A DNA stretch of 64,000 bases from Patescibacteria group bacterium. Lineage in GTDB: Bacteria; Patescibacteriota; Minisyncoccia; Phycocordibacterales; PALSA-1337. How positions within the stretch are numbered: position 1 is the stretch's first letter; every line of letters starts with the position of its first letter. Shown here in pieces: positions 9,357 to 18,804 of this stretch. The position numbers and the translations under genes are program-made. The notes below the pieces were generated by a model that saw only the letters and a program-made list of their open reading frames with translations, was not told the DNA's origin and did not search any database. The stretch lies in the NCBI GenBank assembly GCA_018971685.1, contig JAGXAG010000001.1, positions 19,162 through 83,161 of the forward strand, read 5' to 3'.

Positions 9357-11912
9357 TCACTTCAGCTCGCCCCAATTATCACCGACGCTCTCATGTGCCG
9401 CCAATATTATCCCTTTCGTATTCTTCGGATCAACAACCGACTCCATGATCCGTTTTATTTCCTTGGCAACCGTTTCAACTTTATCTTCTCTGATTTCGTA
9501 GATCAATTCATCGTGCACTTGCAATAACGGAAAAACTCCGCCGCCTGGATTTTCACACTCCAAATATTCATCGATCTTGACCATGGCCAGCTTGATAATA
9601 TCGGCTTCGGTACCTTGGATCGGCGCGTTGATTGCCATGCGTTCGGCCTGCGCTTTGATATAGGGGATTTTCGAATTTATGCCCTCGAAGTATCTGCGCC
9701 GCCCGAACAAGGTCTCCGTGTAACCGCGGCGCGCCGTTTCTTCCTTGATCTTGTCCAAATAAGAAGCCAGCGTGGCAAATTCCGCAAAGTAATCATTCAA
9801 GAACTTTTGCGCATCTTCCCTGCTCGCGCCCAGATTTTGCTTCAAGGCCAAGACGCCCATGCCGTATATGATGCCGAAATTGATCACTTTCGCCCGGCGT
9901 CTCATTTCCGGCGTAACATTTTCCGGCTTTACCTTGAATGTGAAGGCGGCCACGGCGGTATGGACATCTTCGCCTTTTCTGAAAATATCGATCAGTTTTT
10001 TATCACCCGACAGAAACGCTGCGATGCGTAACTCCATCTGTGAATAGTCGAAAGCCGCCAACTTGAACCCCCTCTCGGCGACAAACGCATATCTGATCGC
10101 CTTGCCGAGTTCCGATTTGACCGGAATGTTTTGCAGATTGGGATTTTCCGACGCCATGCGGCCGGTCGCCGCGCCGCTCTGGATGAAATGCGTGTGCAAT
10201 CTGTCGTTTCCATCCAGCAGCGGCGGTATGGCGTCGATATATGTAGACAACAATTTCGACAACTCACGGTAATCAAATATCATCGGCACCACCGGGTGCA
10301 TATCACGCATCTTTTCCAGCTCCGATTCGCGTGTCGACCGCGCGCCGCCGGCCGTTTTCTTGCCGTTTTTTATCTTCAGCCCCAGCTTGTCGAACAAAAA
10401 TTCGCCCAGCTGCTTCGGCGAGTTTATGTTGAATTCCCCGCCCGCCGCGTCCCAAATCTTCTTTTCGATCATTTCCAACTCGGCGTGGTATTTCTCCGAC
10501 AGTTTTTTCAGCGCGTTTTTGTCGACTTTTATGCCGCGCTGTTCCATCTTGCGCAATACCGGCGCAAGCGGCCGTTCGATCTCATTGTATATTTTACGCT
10601 GGCCGCTTTTATCCAATTCATCGAATATCACTTTTTTGGCTTCATTTAAGTTTTTCACGCCCGTAAAATTCATAATATCTTCCAACTTTGGGTTTGTCAT
10701 ATTGGAATTCACCAGCCATAAGGCGAGCGCCGCCTGTTCGAATTCGCCTTCGTTCGCCGACGCCTTCCGCAAATGAGACCCCTCGAGTTCCGCGACTCTG
10801 CCGCGAAGCAATCCGTCGCCGCGTTTCCCAACCGACAAGTCCGTGCATGTCCGAGAGGACTTGTCGGTTGTGGAAACGCCGACGGTTGCGAGCGGCATTC
10901 GCGAAACTCGAGGGGTCTCATTTGCGGAAGGCGCGGCGCCGGCGAAAGTTGATGAAATGCCAACAGCCTTTTCAAGCCTCTGCGGCAATGTCCGGAACTC
11001 CAATTCGCGCCACAGTGTATTGATTTTCTCCAAATCAAGTCCTTCCTTGAAAGATTTGTCCGGCAGCGAAAATTTGATGGGTGCGTCACGGCGAATCGTC
11101 GCCAGCATTTTACTGAATTCGGCGTCTTCTTTGCTCTCTTTCAATATCTTTAAAAGCCGCGGCGTCAGTCCGGCCTTCTTAAACTTTTCATCATGTCCGG
11201 ATTCCAATTCTCGGTAAATATCATCAATCCCGCCAAAAACGGTTATAAGAGCTGTGGCTGTTTTCTCGCCTATGCCCGCCACGCCAGGAATATTGTCCGA
11301 CGGATCGCCCCGCAGGCCTTTGTAGTCCGGAATCAATTCCGGACCAAAACCGAAACGCTTTCTCACCGCGTTCTCGTCGTACATGATCGTGTCGTTTATG
11401 CCTTTTTTGAGGGTATAAACCTTAACATCTTCGCCGTGAATTAATTGCATGGTATCCATGTCGCCGGAGGCAATAACGATCTCAACTCCATTGTTAGTCT
11501 CCTCCGCCGTCTCGACGAGAGAGGTGGTGGCCAACTGATGAACAATAGTCCCGATAATGTCATCGGCTTCAAAACCCTGCGCATCATATATGGGAATACC
11601 GAGTGCCGCAAAGATATCACGAGAACGAATGATTTGCGCGATGAGATCATCCTCTGTTTTTTTGCGGCCGGCTTTGTATTCTTTGTAAACTTCATGGCGA
11701 TATGTTGGACCTTTGACATCGTAACAGGCGATCATGTAATCCGGCTTCAAATCCTCGATGATTTTTATGAGCATGGTCGAAAGCCCGTAAATCGCGCCCG
11801 TCGGTTCACCCTTTTTAGTCGCGAAATCCGGCAAGGCGTGATAAGCGCGGTGGAGGATCGCGTGGGCGTCGAGCAATACCAAGCGTTTTTTGCCTTGAAT
11901 GGTTTGCGGCAT
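9357..11912 (-). CDS. polA: DNA polymerase I (5'-3' exonuclease + polymerase) with an in-frame palindromic insert
   Basis: LLDAHAILHRAYHA, GDPSDNIPGV, ATGRMAS, DYSQMELR, INFGIIYGM, QVHDEL. Confidence 0.97.
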   Translation of the reverse strand: MPQTIQGKKRLVLLDAHAILHRAYHALPDFATKKGEPTGAIYGLSTMLIKIIEDLKPDYMIACYDVKGPTYRHEVYKEYKAGRKKTEDDLIAQIIRSRDIFAALGIPIYDAQGFEADDIIGTIVHQLATTSLVETAEETNNGVEIVIASGDMDTMQLIHGEDVKVYTLKKGINDTIMYDENAVRKRFGFGPELIPDYKGLRGDPSDNIPGVAGIGEKTATALITVFGGIDDIYRELESGHDEKFKKAGLTPRLLKILKESKEDAEFSKMLATIRRDAPIKFSLPDKSFKEGLDLEKINTLWRELEFRTLPQRLEKAVGISSTFAGAAPSANETPRVSRMPLATVGVSTTDKSSRTCTDLSVGKRGDGLLRGRVAELEGSHLRKASANEGEFEQAALALWLVNSNMTNPKLEDIMNFTGVKNLNEAKKVIFDELDKSGQRKIYNEIERPLAPVLRKMEQRGIKVDKNALKKLSEKYHAELEMIEKKIWDAAGGEFNINSPKQLGEFLFDKLGLKIKNGKKTAGGARSTRESELEKMRDMHPVVPMIFDYRELSKLLSTYIDAIPPLLDGNDRLHTHFIQSGAATGRMASENPNLQNIPVKSELGKAIRYAFVAERGFKLAAFDYSQMELRIAAFLSGDKKLIDIFRKGEDVHTAVAAFTFKVKPENVTPEMRRRAKVINFGIIYGMGVLALKQNLGASREDAQKFLNDYFAEFATLASYLDKIKEETARRGYTETLFGRRRYFEGINSKIPYIKAQAERMAINAPIQGTEADIIKLAMVKIDEYLECENPGGGVFPLLQVHDELIYEIREDKVETVAKEIKRIMESVVDPKNTKGIILAAHESVGDNWGELK
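10753..10946. repeat. ~194-nt imperfect palindrome inside the polA reading frame
   Basis: 29-bp perfect arms 10761-10789/10905-10933; 14-bp perfect inner arms 10829-10842/10857-10870; shorter paired segments between them. Confidence 0.92.
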
Positions 11913-11999
11913 GACTTTATCTTACACCATCAAGCGGTTGTTGCGCATTACGCGCAAGTCGGATCCGCACATCCGTGTCCATGGTATAATAATAATGAC

Positions 12000-13673
12000 A
12001 TGACCATCACTTTTGACGAAGACAAACAGAAGCGCAGGTTGAGTGAACTACACCTGAAAGAAGAAGAGGATCTGGTGCAATTGCTGTCGGCAAAATACGG
12101 TGTGGAGTATGTGAACCTTGCGAGTACGCCGATAAATGCCGACGCCCTGAGACTGATCAGTGAAGCGTCGGCGCGCGAAGCTCAAGCGGCCGCTTGGAGC
12201 ATAGTAGACAAAAAGGTCAAAGTAGCGGCGCGCAATCCGCAATCAGAGAAGACACGAGCCATTATTGACGAACTAAAAACCAAGGGATACCAGCCAGAAT
12301 TATATATATCCTCGATGCACGGCTTGGAAAAGGCATGGGATACTTATAAAGACTTGTCTTTCGCTTATGAAAGCCGGGCCGGTTCGCTCGAAATATCAAA
12401 CGAAGAGATCGCGGCGATCGTTGAACAGGCGAAAAGTTTGCCGACCATCGTCTCGATATTGGAAAACACTCTCGCCGCCAAGAAAAGTTATCGTGTGTCG
12501 CGAATTTTGGAAACGATCATCGCCGGCGCATTGGCTACGGACGCTTCGGATATACATTTGGAGCCAGAGGAAAGCTATGTTCGGCTCAGATACAGAATGG
12601 ACGGCGTGCTTCAAGATGTCATCCGATTCGACAACGATACTTACGGCCTGCTGTTGTCGAGAATAAAACTGCTTTCCGGCATGAAACTGAACATCAAAAA
12701 GGACTCCCAGGACGGCCGTTTCAGCATAAGGTTGCCGATCGGTGACATTGAAGTCCGCGCGTCCGTGCTTCCCGGCGCTTACAACGAATCGATCGTCTTG
12801 CGCCTGCTAAATCCGAAAACCATAAACATTCCGCTCGAAGAACTGGGCATAAACCGCAAATTACTAGATATTTTGCTAGATGAAATAACCCGACCGGATG
12901 GCATGATCCTGACTACCGGCCCGACCGGTTCCGGAAAAACAACAACTCTCTACGCTTTTTTGAAGAAAGTCTACGATCCCGGCGTGAAAATAATAACCAT
13001 CGAAGATCCTATTGAATATCACTTGCCGGGAATCGTCCAAACACAGGTCAACGACAAAGGCTACAATTTCCTGGAAGGTCTCCGCGCGGCAGTTCGCCAA
13101 GATCCGGATATTATAATGGTCGGTGAAATCAGAGATAACGAAACCGCCAACATTGCCCTCAATTCTGCCCTGACCGGACACCTCGTATTCTCGACCCTTC
13201 ACACCAATGACGCCGCAGGCACTTTCCCCCGCCTGGTTGATCTCGGCGTAAATTCAACGATTATCCCGTCGGCGCTTCGGGTCTCAATGGCACAACGGCT
13301 GGTCAGGCGCCTGTGCGATCATTGCAAGAAAGAAAAGCCCGTCGAGGGTGAATCGAAACGAGAAATCGACTTGACGATTGAATCGATCGAGGACAAATCG
13401 CTTGTGCCTCCGGAACATTCCAGAATGTGGACGGCCGTAGGTTGTGATAAGTGCAATCATACCGGCTACAAAGGCCGCATAGGCATATATGAGGCTATTT
13501 TAATGAACGAGCAGATCGAGCGCTCGATCCAATCCGGCGCTAGTAATCGCGATATCTGGCTTGCCGCCAAAGGTCAAGGCATTCTCACCATGAAGCAAGA
13601 TGGGATATTGAAAGTCCTGGCCGGAATTACTTCTTTTGAGGAATTGCAGAGGGTCATTGCGCTCGAAGATTAA
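12000..13673 (+). CDS. pilB: Type IV pilus/T2SS assembly ATPase (PilB/GspE family)
   Basis: ASDIHLEP, TGPTGSGKTTT, TIEDPIEY, RQDPDIIMVGEIRD, CDHC/CDKC. The true start is ATG 12000, just after TATAAT (11985-11990); the track's 11445 start overlaps polA antisense. Confidence 0.93.
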   Translation: MTITFDEDKQKRRLSELHLKEEEDLVQLLSAKYGVEYVNLASTPINADALRLISEASAREAQAAAWSIVDKKVKVAARNPQSEKTRAIIDELKTKGYQPELYISSMHGLEKAWDTYKDLSFAYESRAGSLEISNEEIAAIVEQAKSLPTIVSILENTLAAKKSYRVSRILETIIAGALATDASDIHLEPEESYVRLRYRMDGVLQDVIRFDNDTYGLLLSRIKLLSGMKLNIKKDSQDGRFSIRLPIGDIEVRASVLPGAYNESIVLRLLNPKTINIPLEELGINRKLLDILLDEITRPDGMILTTGPTGSGKTTTLYAFLKKVYDPGVKIITIEDPIEYHLPGIVQTQVNDKGYNFLEGLRAAVRQDPDIIMVGEIRDNETANIALNSALTGHLVFSTLHTNDAAGTFPRLVDLGVNSTIIPSALRVSMAQRLVRRLCDHCKKEKPVEGESKREIDLTIESIEDKSLVPPEHSRMWTAVGCDKCNHTGYKGRIGIYEAILMNEQIERSIQSGASNRDIWLAAKGQGILTMKQDGILKVLAGITSFEELQRVIALED

Positions 13674-13678
13674 CGCAT

Positions 13679-13709
13679 TCCTACGCACCGGTCGGACCGG
13701 TGCGTAGGA
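13679..13709. repeat. GTC-G-GAC palindromic repeat (15-bp arms)
   Basis: TCCTACGCACCGGTC-G-GACCGGTGCGTAGGA just after the pilB stop. Confidence 0.9.
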
Positions 13710-13726
13710 GTAATCCCCAGAAAAAG

Positions 13727-13755
13727 TTGCTTTTTAATGGGAGCGGCGGTAGTGT
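13727..13755 (+). promoter_or_regulatory. Putative sigma70 promoter
   Basis: TTGCTT-N17-TAGTGT upstream of the structured region. Confidence 0.5.
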
Positions 13756-13794
13756 TGCGACAGAGATGCTCGAGAGCAAGAAAAGAGACGAAAA

Positions 13795-13960
13795 ACGAGC
13801 CGGCGAATCTCTAAGCAATATCTCCCGGCGTGATGCCGGAAGTGAGGCAAGGCTTCGAGGATAGATCCAGTCATTTCTTCGTAAAAAAAGAAAACCAGAT
13901 CGTCCTTAACGCCGTGCCCGAACCTGAGTCAGGTCATTGCTTAGAGATTCGCAAGCTCGT
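13795..13960 (+). ncRNA. Candidate structured ncRNA (6S-like architecture or novel)
   Basis: A 17-bp perfect closing stem GCGAATCTCTAAGCAAT/ATTGCTTAGAGATTCGC, extended by ACGAGC/GCTCGT, encloses three internal stems; there is no ORF and an upstream promoter is present. Confidence 0.5.
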
Positions 13961-14005
13961 AAATTTATCACAATTTCTCTAACATGCTAGCATATCTATA
14001 TTAAA

Positions 14006-15037
14006 ATGTCAAGAAGTTCAAAAGATGCCGGCGGCAACCAAAAAAATGAACGGGATGACAACAAAGAAACCGGATTCCTCGATCAAACTCTGCGCCCATC
14101 TCGTTGGGATGATTATATCGGACAAAAAGGCGTCAAAAACAACTTACACATACTTCTGACTGCCGCAAAAGAGCGCAATCATCCCCCTGAACACATTCTC
14201 TTTTACGGTCCGCCGGGTTTAGGCAAGACCACCCTTGCAAATCTCATCGCCAAGGAAACCCGGGCACAAATGAAAGTAACCTCCGGGCCGGCAATCATGA
14301 AGATCGGCGATCTGGCCGCCATCCTTACAAACTTATCGGCTGGAGATATTCTTTTCATCGATGAGATCCATCGGTTGAACAAAGCCATCGAGGAGGTACT
14401 GTATCCTGCCATGGAATCTGGGACGCTTGATATCATCATAGGCAAAGGGCCTTCGGCAAGGACGATACAGCTGGAACTTCCCCATTTCACACTGATCGCC
14501 GCCACCACTCGTATCGCCATGATATCATCGCCGCTGCGCTCACGCTTCTCCGGCGGCGTTTTCAAGCTTGAATTTTACTCCATTGCGGAGATTTCGCAAA
14601 TTATCCGCCGGTCAGCGAAAATTCTTGGCGTAGACATCGACGACGATGCTATTAACGAGATCGCCGCTCGTTCAAGATTCACGCCGCGTACAGCCAATTA
14701 TCACCTAAAAAGGTGTAGAGACTACGCACAAATAAACAAAACCGCTATAGACAAGAGATCTGTCCTGGGCGCTTTGGAAATGCTCGGTGTAGATTCTTTG
14801 GGACTGACAAGTGCTGACCGTGATATTTTACGGGTCATCATCCACAAATTCAACGGCGGCCCGGTCGGCCTGAATACCATTTCCGCCGCGCTTTCGGAGG
14901 AACAGGAAACTGTCGAAGAGGTATATGAACCGTACCTTATACAACTCGGCCTTCTGGAGCGTACTCCTCGCGGCCGGACCGCCACGCATAAAGCTTACGA
15001 ACACATCAGTGGGGATGGTGCCGGGATGTTGCTTTAA
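14006..15037 (+). CDS. ruvB: Holliday junction branch migration helicase RuvB
   Basis: LRP, YGPPGLGKTTLA, FIDEIHRL, ATT, GGPVGL, EPYL, RTPRGR. Confidence 0.97.
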   Translation: MSRSSKDAGGNQKNERDDNKETGFLDQTLRPSRWDDYIGQKGVKNNLHILLTAAKERNHPPEHILFYGPPGLGKTTLANLIAKETRAQMKVTSGPAIMKIGDLAAILTNLSAGDILFIDEIHRLNKAIEEVLYPAMESGTLDIIIGKGPSARTIQLELPHFTLIAATTRIAMISSPLRSRFSGGVFKLEFYSIAEISQIIRRSAKILGVDIDDDAINEIAARSRFTPRTANYHLKRCRDYAQINKTAIDKRSVLGALEMLGVDSLGLTSADRDILRVIIHKFNGGPVGLNTISAALSEEQETVEEVYEPYLIQLGLLERTPRGRTATHKAYEHISGDGAGMLL

Positions 15038-15054
15038 TTGACAATGGTGAAAAC

Positions 15055-15522
15055 ATGAAAATCATCGGAATCGATCCCGGATACGACCGCTTGGGCATCG
15101 CGGTCGTAGAAAAACCGGAAAAAGGCAAAGAGGCGGTATTGTTCTCGGAGTGCTTTTCGACTTCTTCCGAAAAACCGATATACGAAAGATTGTTGGCGAT
15201 AGGAAACGAGGCGGCCGGAATATTGGACAAGTTCAAACCCAACGCCGTAGCGCTCGAAACTTTATTTATAACCAAGAATCAAAAAACCGCCATGCGCGTC
15301 GCCGAGGCGCGCGGTATTATTATTTACGAAGCTGTCAAAAGAAGCGTCCCTTTGTTTGAATACAGTCCAATGGAAATAAAAATGGCTGTTACCGGCGACG
15401 GAACCAGTGATAAGGCGCGCATGATAAAAATGGTCCACTTGTTGGTTCCGATAACGAAGAAGAAACACGACGACGAATATGACGCCATTGCGGTCGCGCT
15501 TACACATGCCGCCAGAACATGA
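15055..15522 (+). CDS. ruvC: Crossover junction endodeoxyribonuclease RuvC
   Basis: IIGIDPG, E, EARG, IKMAVTG, DDEYDAIAVA. Confidence 0.95.
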   Translation: MKIIGIDPGYDRLGIAVVEKPEKGKEAVLFSECFSTSSEKPIYERLLAIGNEAAGILDKFKPNAVALETLFITKNQKTAMRVAEARGIIIYEAVKRSVPLFEYSPMEIKMAVTGDGTSDKARMIKMVHLLVPITKKKHDDEYDAIAVALTHAART

Positions 15523-15529
15523 TTACCGT

Positions 15530-15645
15530 CCATCCGCACAATGCGCCACCCTCCCTTCACTGGCTTCGCAAGACGGAGACGATGATCGAGATAACAAAAA
15601 CTCAACTTGAAGCCAGTGAATGGCGGCGGCGCCTTGTGCGGATGG
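15530..15645. repeat. 116-nt imperfect hairpin downstream of ruvC
   Basis: CCATCCGCACAA/TTGTGCGGATGG (12 bp), GCGCC/GGCGC, TTCACTGGCTTC/GAAGCCAGTGAA (12 bp); a perfect DnaA box TTATCCACA follows at 15654-15662. Confidence 0.8.
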
Positions 15646-15746
15646 GGATGTGGTTATCCACAGTTTTATAATTGTACATATTGCCAAGTTTTTATCGCTT
15701 TGCTACAAATTAATCGTTTCGGTATTACAAGTTAAAAACAGCTGCC

Positions 15747-15962
15747 GTGTCCAGAGTAAAAGAAAAAACAAAAAACGCAACGATGGGTGACAGTATCGAT
15801 GAAATAAAAAAGCCGATAGATATCATTGAGATCGATGATGTCGTCGAGGAAAAGCTGGTCGATGCCGTATTGGACGAAGACGACATGGCGTCTGACAATG
15901 ACGAATCTGACGAAATAGACAGTGATATACTTGACTCTCTTCGTGATGAGTGGGAAAGTTAG
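15747..15962 (+). CDS. Small highly acidic hypothetical protein
   Basis: 71 aa, D/E-rich, 3 nt upstream of the PBP gene. Confidence 0.55.
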   Translation: MSRVKEKTKNATMGDSIDEIKKPIDIIEIDDVVEEKLVDAVLDEDDMASDNDESDEIDSDILDSLRDEWES

Positions 15963-15965
15963 CTC

Positions 15966-18497
15966 ATGGCCAAACGCCGAACCAAAAAGTATCGTGTGAT
16001 CCGTTCCGCAATCATTCTCATGGTCTCGTCAGTACTCGTTGCTACCGGCGGCGGTGCTTTGTGGGTGGCAACGCTCAAAATGCCGGATCTGAACACTTTC
16101 GATACCAGGGTTGTGGCCCAGTCGACTAAAATATACGACCGTACCGGCACAATACTCCTTTATGATATCAACACCGACGCAAAAAGAACCGTGGTACCGC
16201 TTTCTGATATCTCTCCATACATACAAAAGGCCACTGTCGCCATTGAAGACTCGAATTTTTATACCAATATCGGCATCGAGCCGACCGCCATATTGCGCGC
16301 CTTTGTGGCCGATATATTTTCCGGCGGATTTAGCCAGGGAGCTTCGACAATAACACAACAGGTAGTCAAAAATTCCCTGCTGACCCAAGATAAGACCATT
16401 ACAAGGAAGATCAAGGAGCTTATCTTATCAATAAAATTGACGCGAATGATGAGTAAAGATCAAATATTGCAGACTTATTTGAACGAATCGCCGTACGGCG
16501 GCACCATATACGGAGTCGAGGAGGCTAGTCAATCATTCTTCGGTAAACCTGCGAAAGACGACACCTTAGCGGAAGCGGCCTATTTGGCGGCTATACCGCA
16601 GGCGCCAACATATTACTCGCCATACGGATTGCATTTAGATGATCTTAAGGCCAGACAGCGATTGGTCCTTCAGAGGATGAAAGAACTCAACATGATCTCT
16701 GCCGACGAATACAACTCGGCTCTGGCGGAAAATGTAAAGTTCCTTTCGAAAAATTCATCCGGGATAAGGGCACCTCACTTTGTAATGATGGTAAGAGATT
16801 ATCTGGCGCAAAAATACGGCGAGGACGCGGTAAACAACGGCGGTTTGCGCGTCATAACCACTTTGAACATGGACATGCAACAAAAGATGGAGCAGACGGT
16901 CGCCAAATTCGCTCCGACTTTGGCGCAAAATTATAATGCCAGCAATACCGCCATGGTCGCTATAGACCCAAAAACAGGTGATGTGTTGGCGTTGATGGGT
17001 TCGCGTGATTATTTTGACCCATCAATAGACGGCAATTACAATGTTGCTTTGGGTTTAAGACAGCCGGGCTCAACATTCAAACCGTTTGTGTATGCCACGG
17101 CTTTCAAAAAAGGCTACACGCCAGATACGGCATTATTCGATGTGCGCACAGAATTTTCTACAAAGTGTACTCCGGATGGAAAACCCATCAACCCGACAGA
17201 TGACCCGAAAAAAGTTTGCTACTCGCCGGATGAATACGACAACAATTTCGAAGGCCCCATGACTATGAGATTTGCTCTTGCACAATCACGCAACATTCCG
17301 GCAGTAAAAACTCTTTACCTTGCGGGAATTCCAGATTCAATCCAAACAGCTAAAGATCTTGGTATTACCACGCTGACCGATCCCAACAGATACGGACTGA
17401 CGCTTGTTTTAGGTGGTGGTGAAGTGCGGCTTATAGACATGGTTAGCGCGTATGGTGTATTCGCCGATGACGGCGTCAGAAACCCGTGGAGAACTGTCCT
17501 CGAGGTAGATGATGCCAATGGAAATGTACTGGAAAAAGCAACAACTACCCCATCGCAAGTCCTTGATCAAAATATCGCCAGAGAAATATCCGACATACTT
17601 TCCGACAACAAGGTCCGCATGACCAGTTTGAAGCCCATAGCCAACAGTATAGGCCGCCAGGTAGCTTTAAAAACAGGCACGACCAATGACTACCGCGATG
17701 TTTGGACCATCGGTTATACGCCAAACCTGGTGGTGGGTGCGTGGGCCGGCAATAGCGACAACACACCAATGAGCCATAATATAGCCGGACTCATTATTAC
17801 GCCGCTCTGGGGTGCATATATGGACCAGGTGGCGCGTGATTTTCCTCCGGAAAACTTCCAGCCACCGGAACCGCAACCGGCAAATCTGAAGCCTACATTG
17901 AGAGGCATATGGCAAGGCGGCATATCGTATTGGAAAGACAAAATTTCTGGCAAAGTCGCTACAGAATACACTCCAAACGAAACAAAAGAGGAGGTTGTGT
18001 TCAATAGTGTTCACAGTATATTGAAATGGGTTGATCCTAACAATCCTACAGGGCCGATACCGGAACACCCTGAACAGGACCCGCAGTTTGCCAATTGGGA
18101 ATACGGCGTCCGTGACTGGTTCAAAACTTACCAGGCAGCCAATCCAGACTTCAAAGAGGCGTCTTCTTTTGATATACCAACCGCAACCGACGATGTTCAC
18201 ACCCCAGAAAAAGCTCCGAAAATAAGCGTAGTGTCTCCCGCAAACGGCACGACGGTTGATCCGCAAAAATTATTATCAGTACAGTTGAAAGATGATGGTG
18301 CTTACCCTCCGCAAAAAACAGATGTGTATGTAAACGGCAAGTTTGTGTTATCAGATTCTATCGACCCGTTAAATTTCTCGTTCGTGCCGGCGGATGTCGG
18401 CAACCTTTCTGATACCGGAAACACCTTATCGGTTATTCTTTACGATAGTGTTTTCAACAAAGACCAGGCTGTCATAAATTTCTCGATCAAAAAATAA
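15966..18497 (+). CDS. Class A penicillin-binding protein (PBP1A family) with C-terminal Ig-like domain
   Basis: AIEDSNF, GASTITQQVVKN, RKIKE, YLN (transglycosylase); STFK, SRN, KTGT (transpeptidase). Confidence 0.95.
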   Translation: MAKRRTKKYRVIRSAIILMVSSVLVATGGGALWVATLKMPDLNTFDTRVVAQSTKIYDRTGTILLYDINTDAKRTVVPLSDISPYIQKATVAIEDSNFYTNIGIEPTAILRAFVADIFSGGFSQGASTITQQVVKNSLLTQDKTITRKIKELILSIKLTRMMSKDQILQTYLNESPYGGTIYGVEEASQSFFGKPAKDDTLAEAAYLAAIPQAPTYYSPYGLHLDDLKARQRLVLQRMKELNMISADEYNSALAENVKFLSKNSSGIRAPHFVMMVRDYLAQKYGEDAVNNGGLRVITTLNMDMQQKMEQTVAKFAPTLAQNYNASNTAMVAIDPKTGDVLALMGSRDYFDPSIDGNYNVALGLRQPGSTFKPFVYATAFKKGYTPDTALFDVRTEFSTKCTPDGKPINPTDDPKKVCYSPDEYDNNFEGPMTMRFALAQSRNIPAVKTLYLAGIPDSIQTAKDLGITTLTDPNRYGLTLVLGGGEVRLIDMVSAYGVFADDGVRNPWRTVLEVDDANGNVLEKATTTPSQVLDQNIAREISDILSDNKVRMTSLKPIANSIGRQVALKTGTTNDYRDVWTIGYTPNLVVGAWAGNSDNTPMSHNIAGLIITPLWGAYMDQVARDFPPENFQPPEPQPANLKPTLRGIWQGGISYWKDKISGKVATEYTPNETKEEVVFNSVHSILKWVDPNNPTGPIPEHPEQDPQFANWEYGVRDWFKTYQAANPDFKEASSFDIPTATDDVHTPEKAPKISVVSPANGTTVDPQKLLSVQLKDDGAYPPQKTDVYVNGKFVLSDSIDPLNFSFVPADVGNLSDTGNTLSVILYDSVFNKDQAVINFSIKK

Positions 18498-18540
18498 TCT
18501 CCAGAAACACATTGTTTGACTTTCAAGTGTGTAAGTAAAA

Positions 18541-18801
18541 TTATTTTATATCTCTTATTTTATACAACTGTTGTGTTTTATTGATCAAAAAAACAATCGG
18601 TTGTTTTTTTATGAAAATTGCCGATCTGGCGGCTTGTGATATATCTTTGATGCTGATTATTCCGCCGCGAACGGAAATCGACTCGATTTTGACACCGAAC
18701 CCAACAATATCTCCGATCGCGCGTTGAACCGCCGAACGAAAAACAACTTCTTTCGCTTGGGCGTTTTGGAATTTCCCAAAAAACTCCTTTATGTTTAGCA
18801 T
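18541..18801 (-). CDS. Probable DciA/DUF721-like protein
   Basis: 86 aa directly downstream of dnaN with a KH-like pattern (ISVRGGIISIK...AARSAIFIKKQPI); the family assignment is inference. Confidence 0.45.
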   Translation of the reverse strand: MLNIKEFFGKFQNAQAKEVVFRSAVQRAIGDIVGFGVKIESISVRGGIISIKDISQAARSAIFIKKQPIVFLINKTQQLYKIRDIK

Positions 18802-18804
18802 GTT

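Noticed and set aside
10688-11023. Antisense ORF sharing peptides with PolA
   Set aside because: It is a by-product of the palindromic insert, not evidence of a gene.
11445-11999. 742-aa ORF suggesting a long N-terminal extension of PilB
   Set aside because: The extension is antisense to polA; TATAAT just before ATG 12000 marks the real start.
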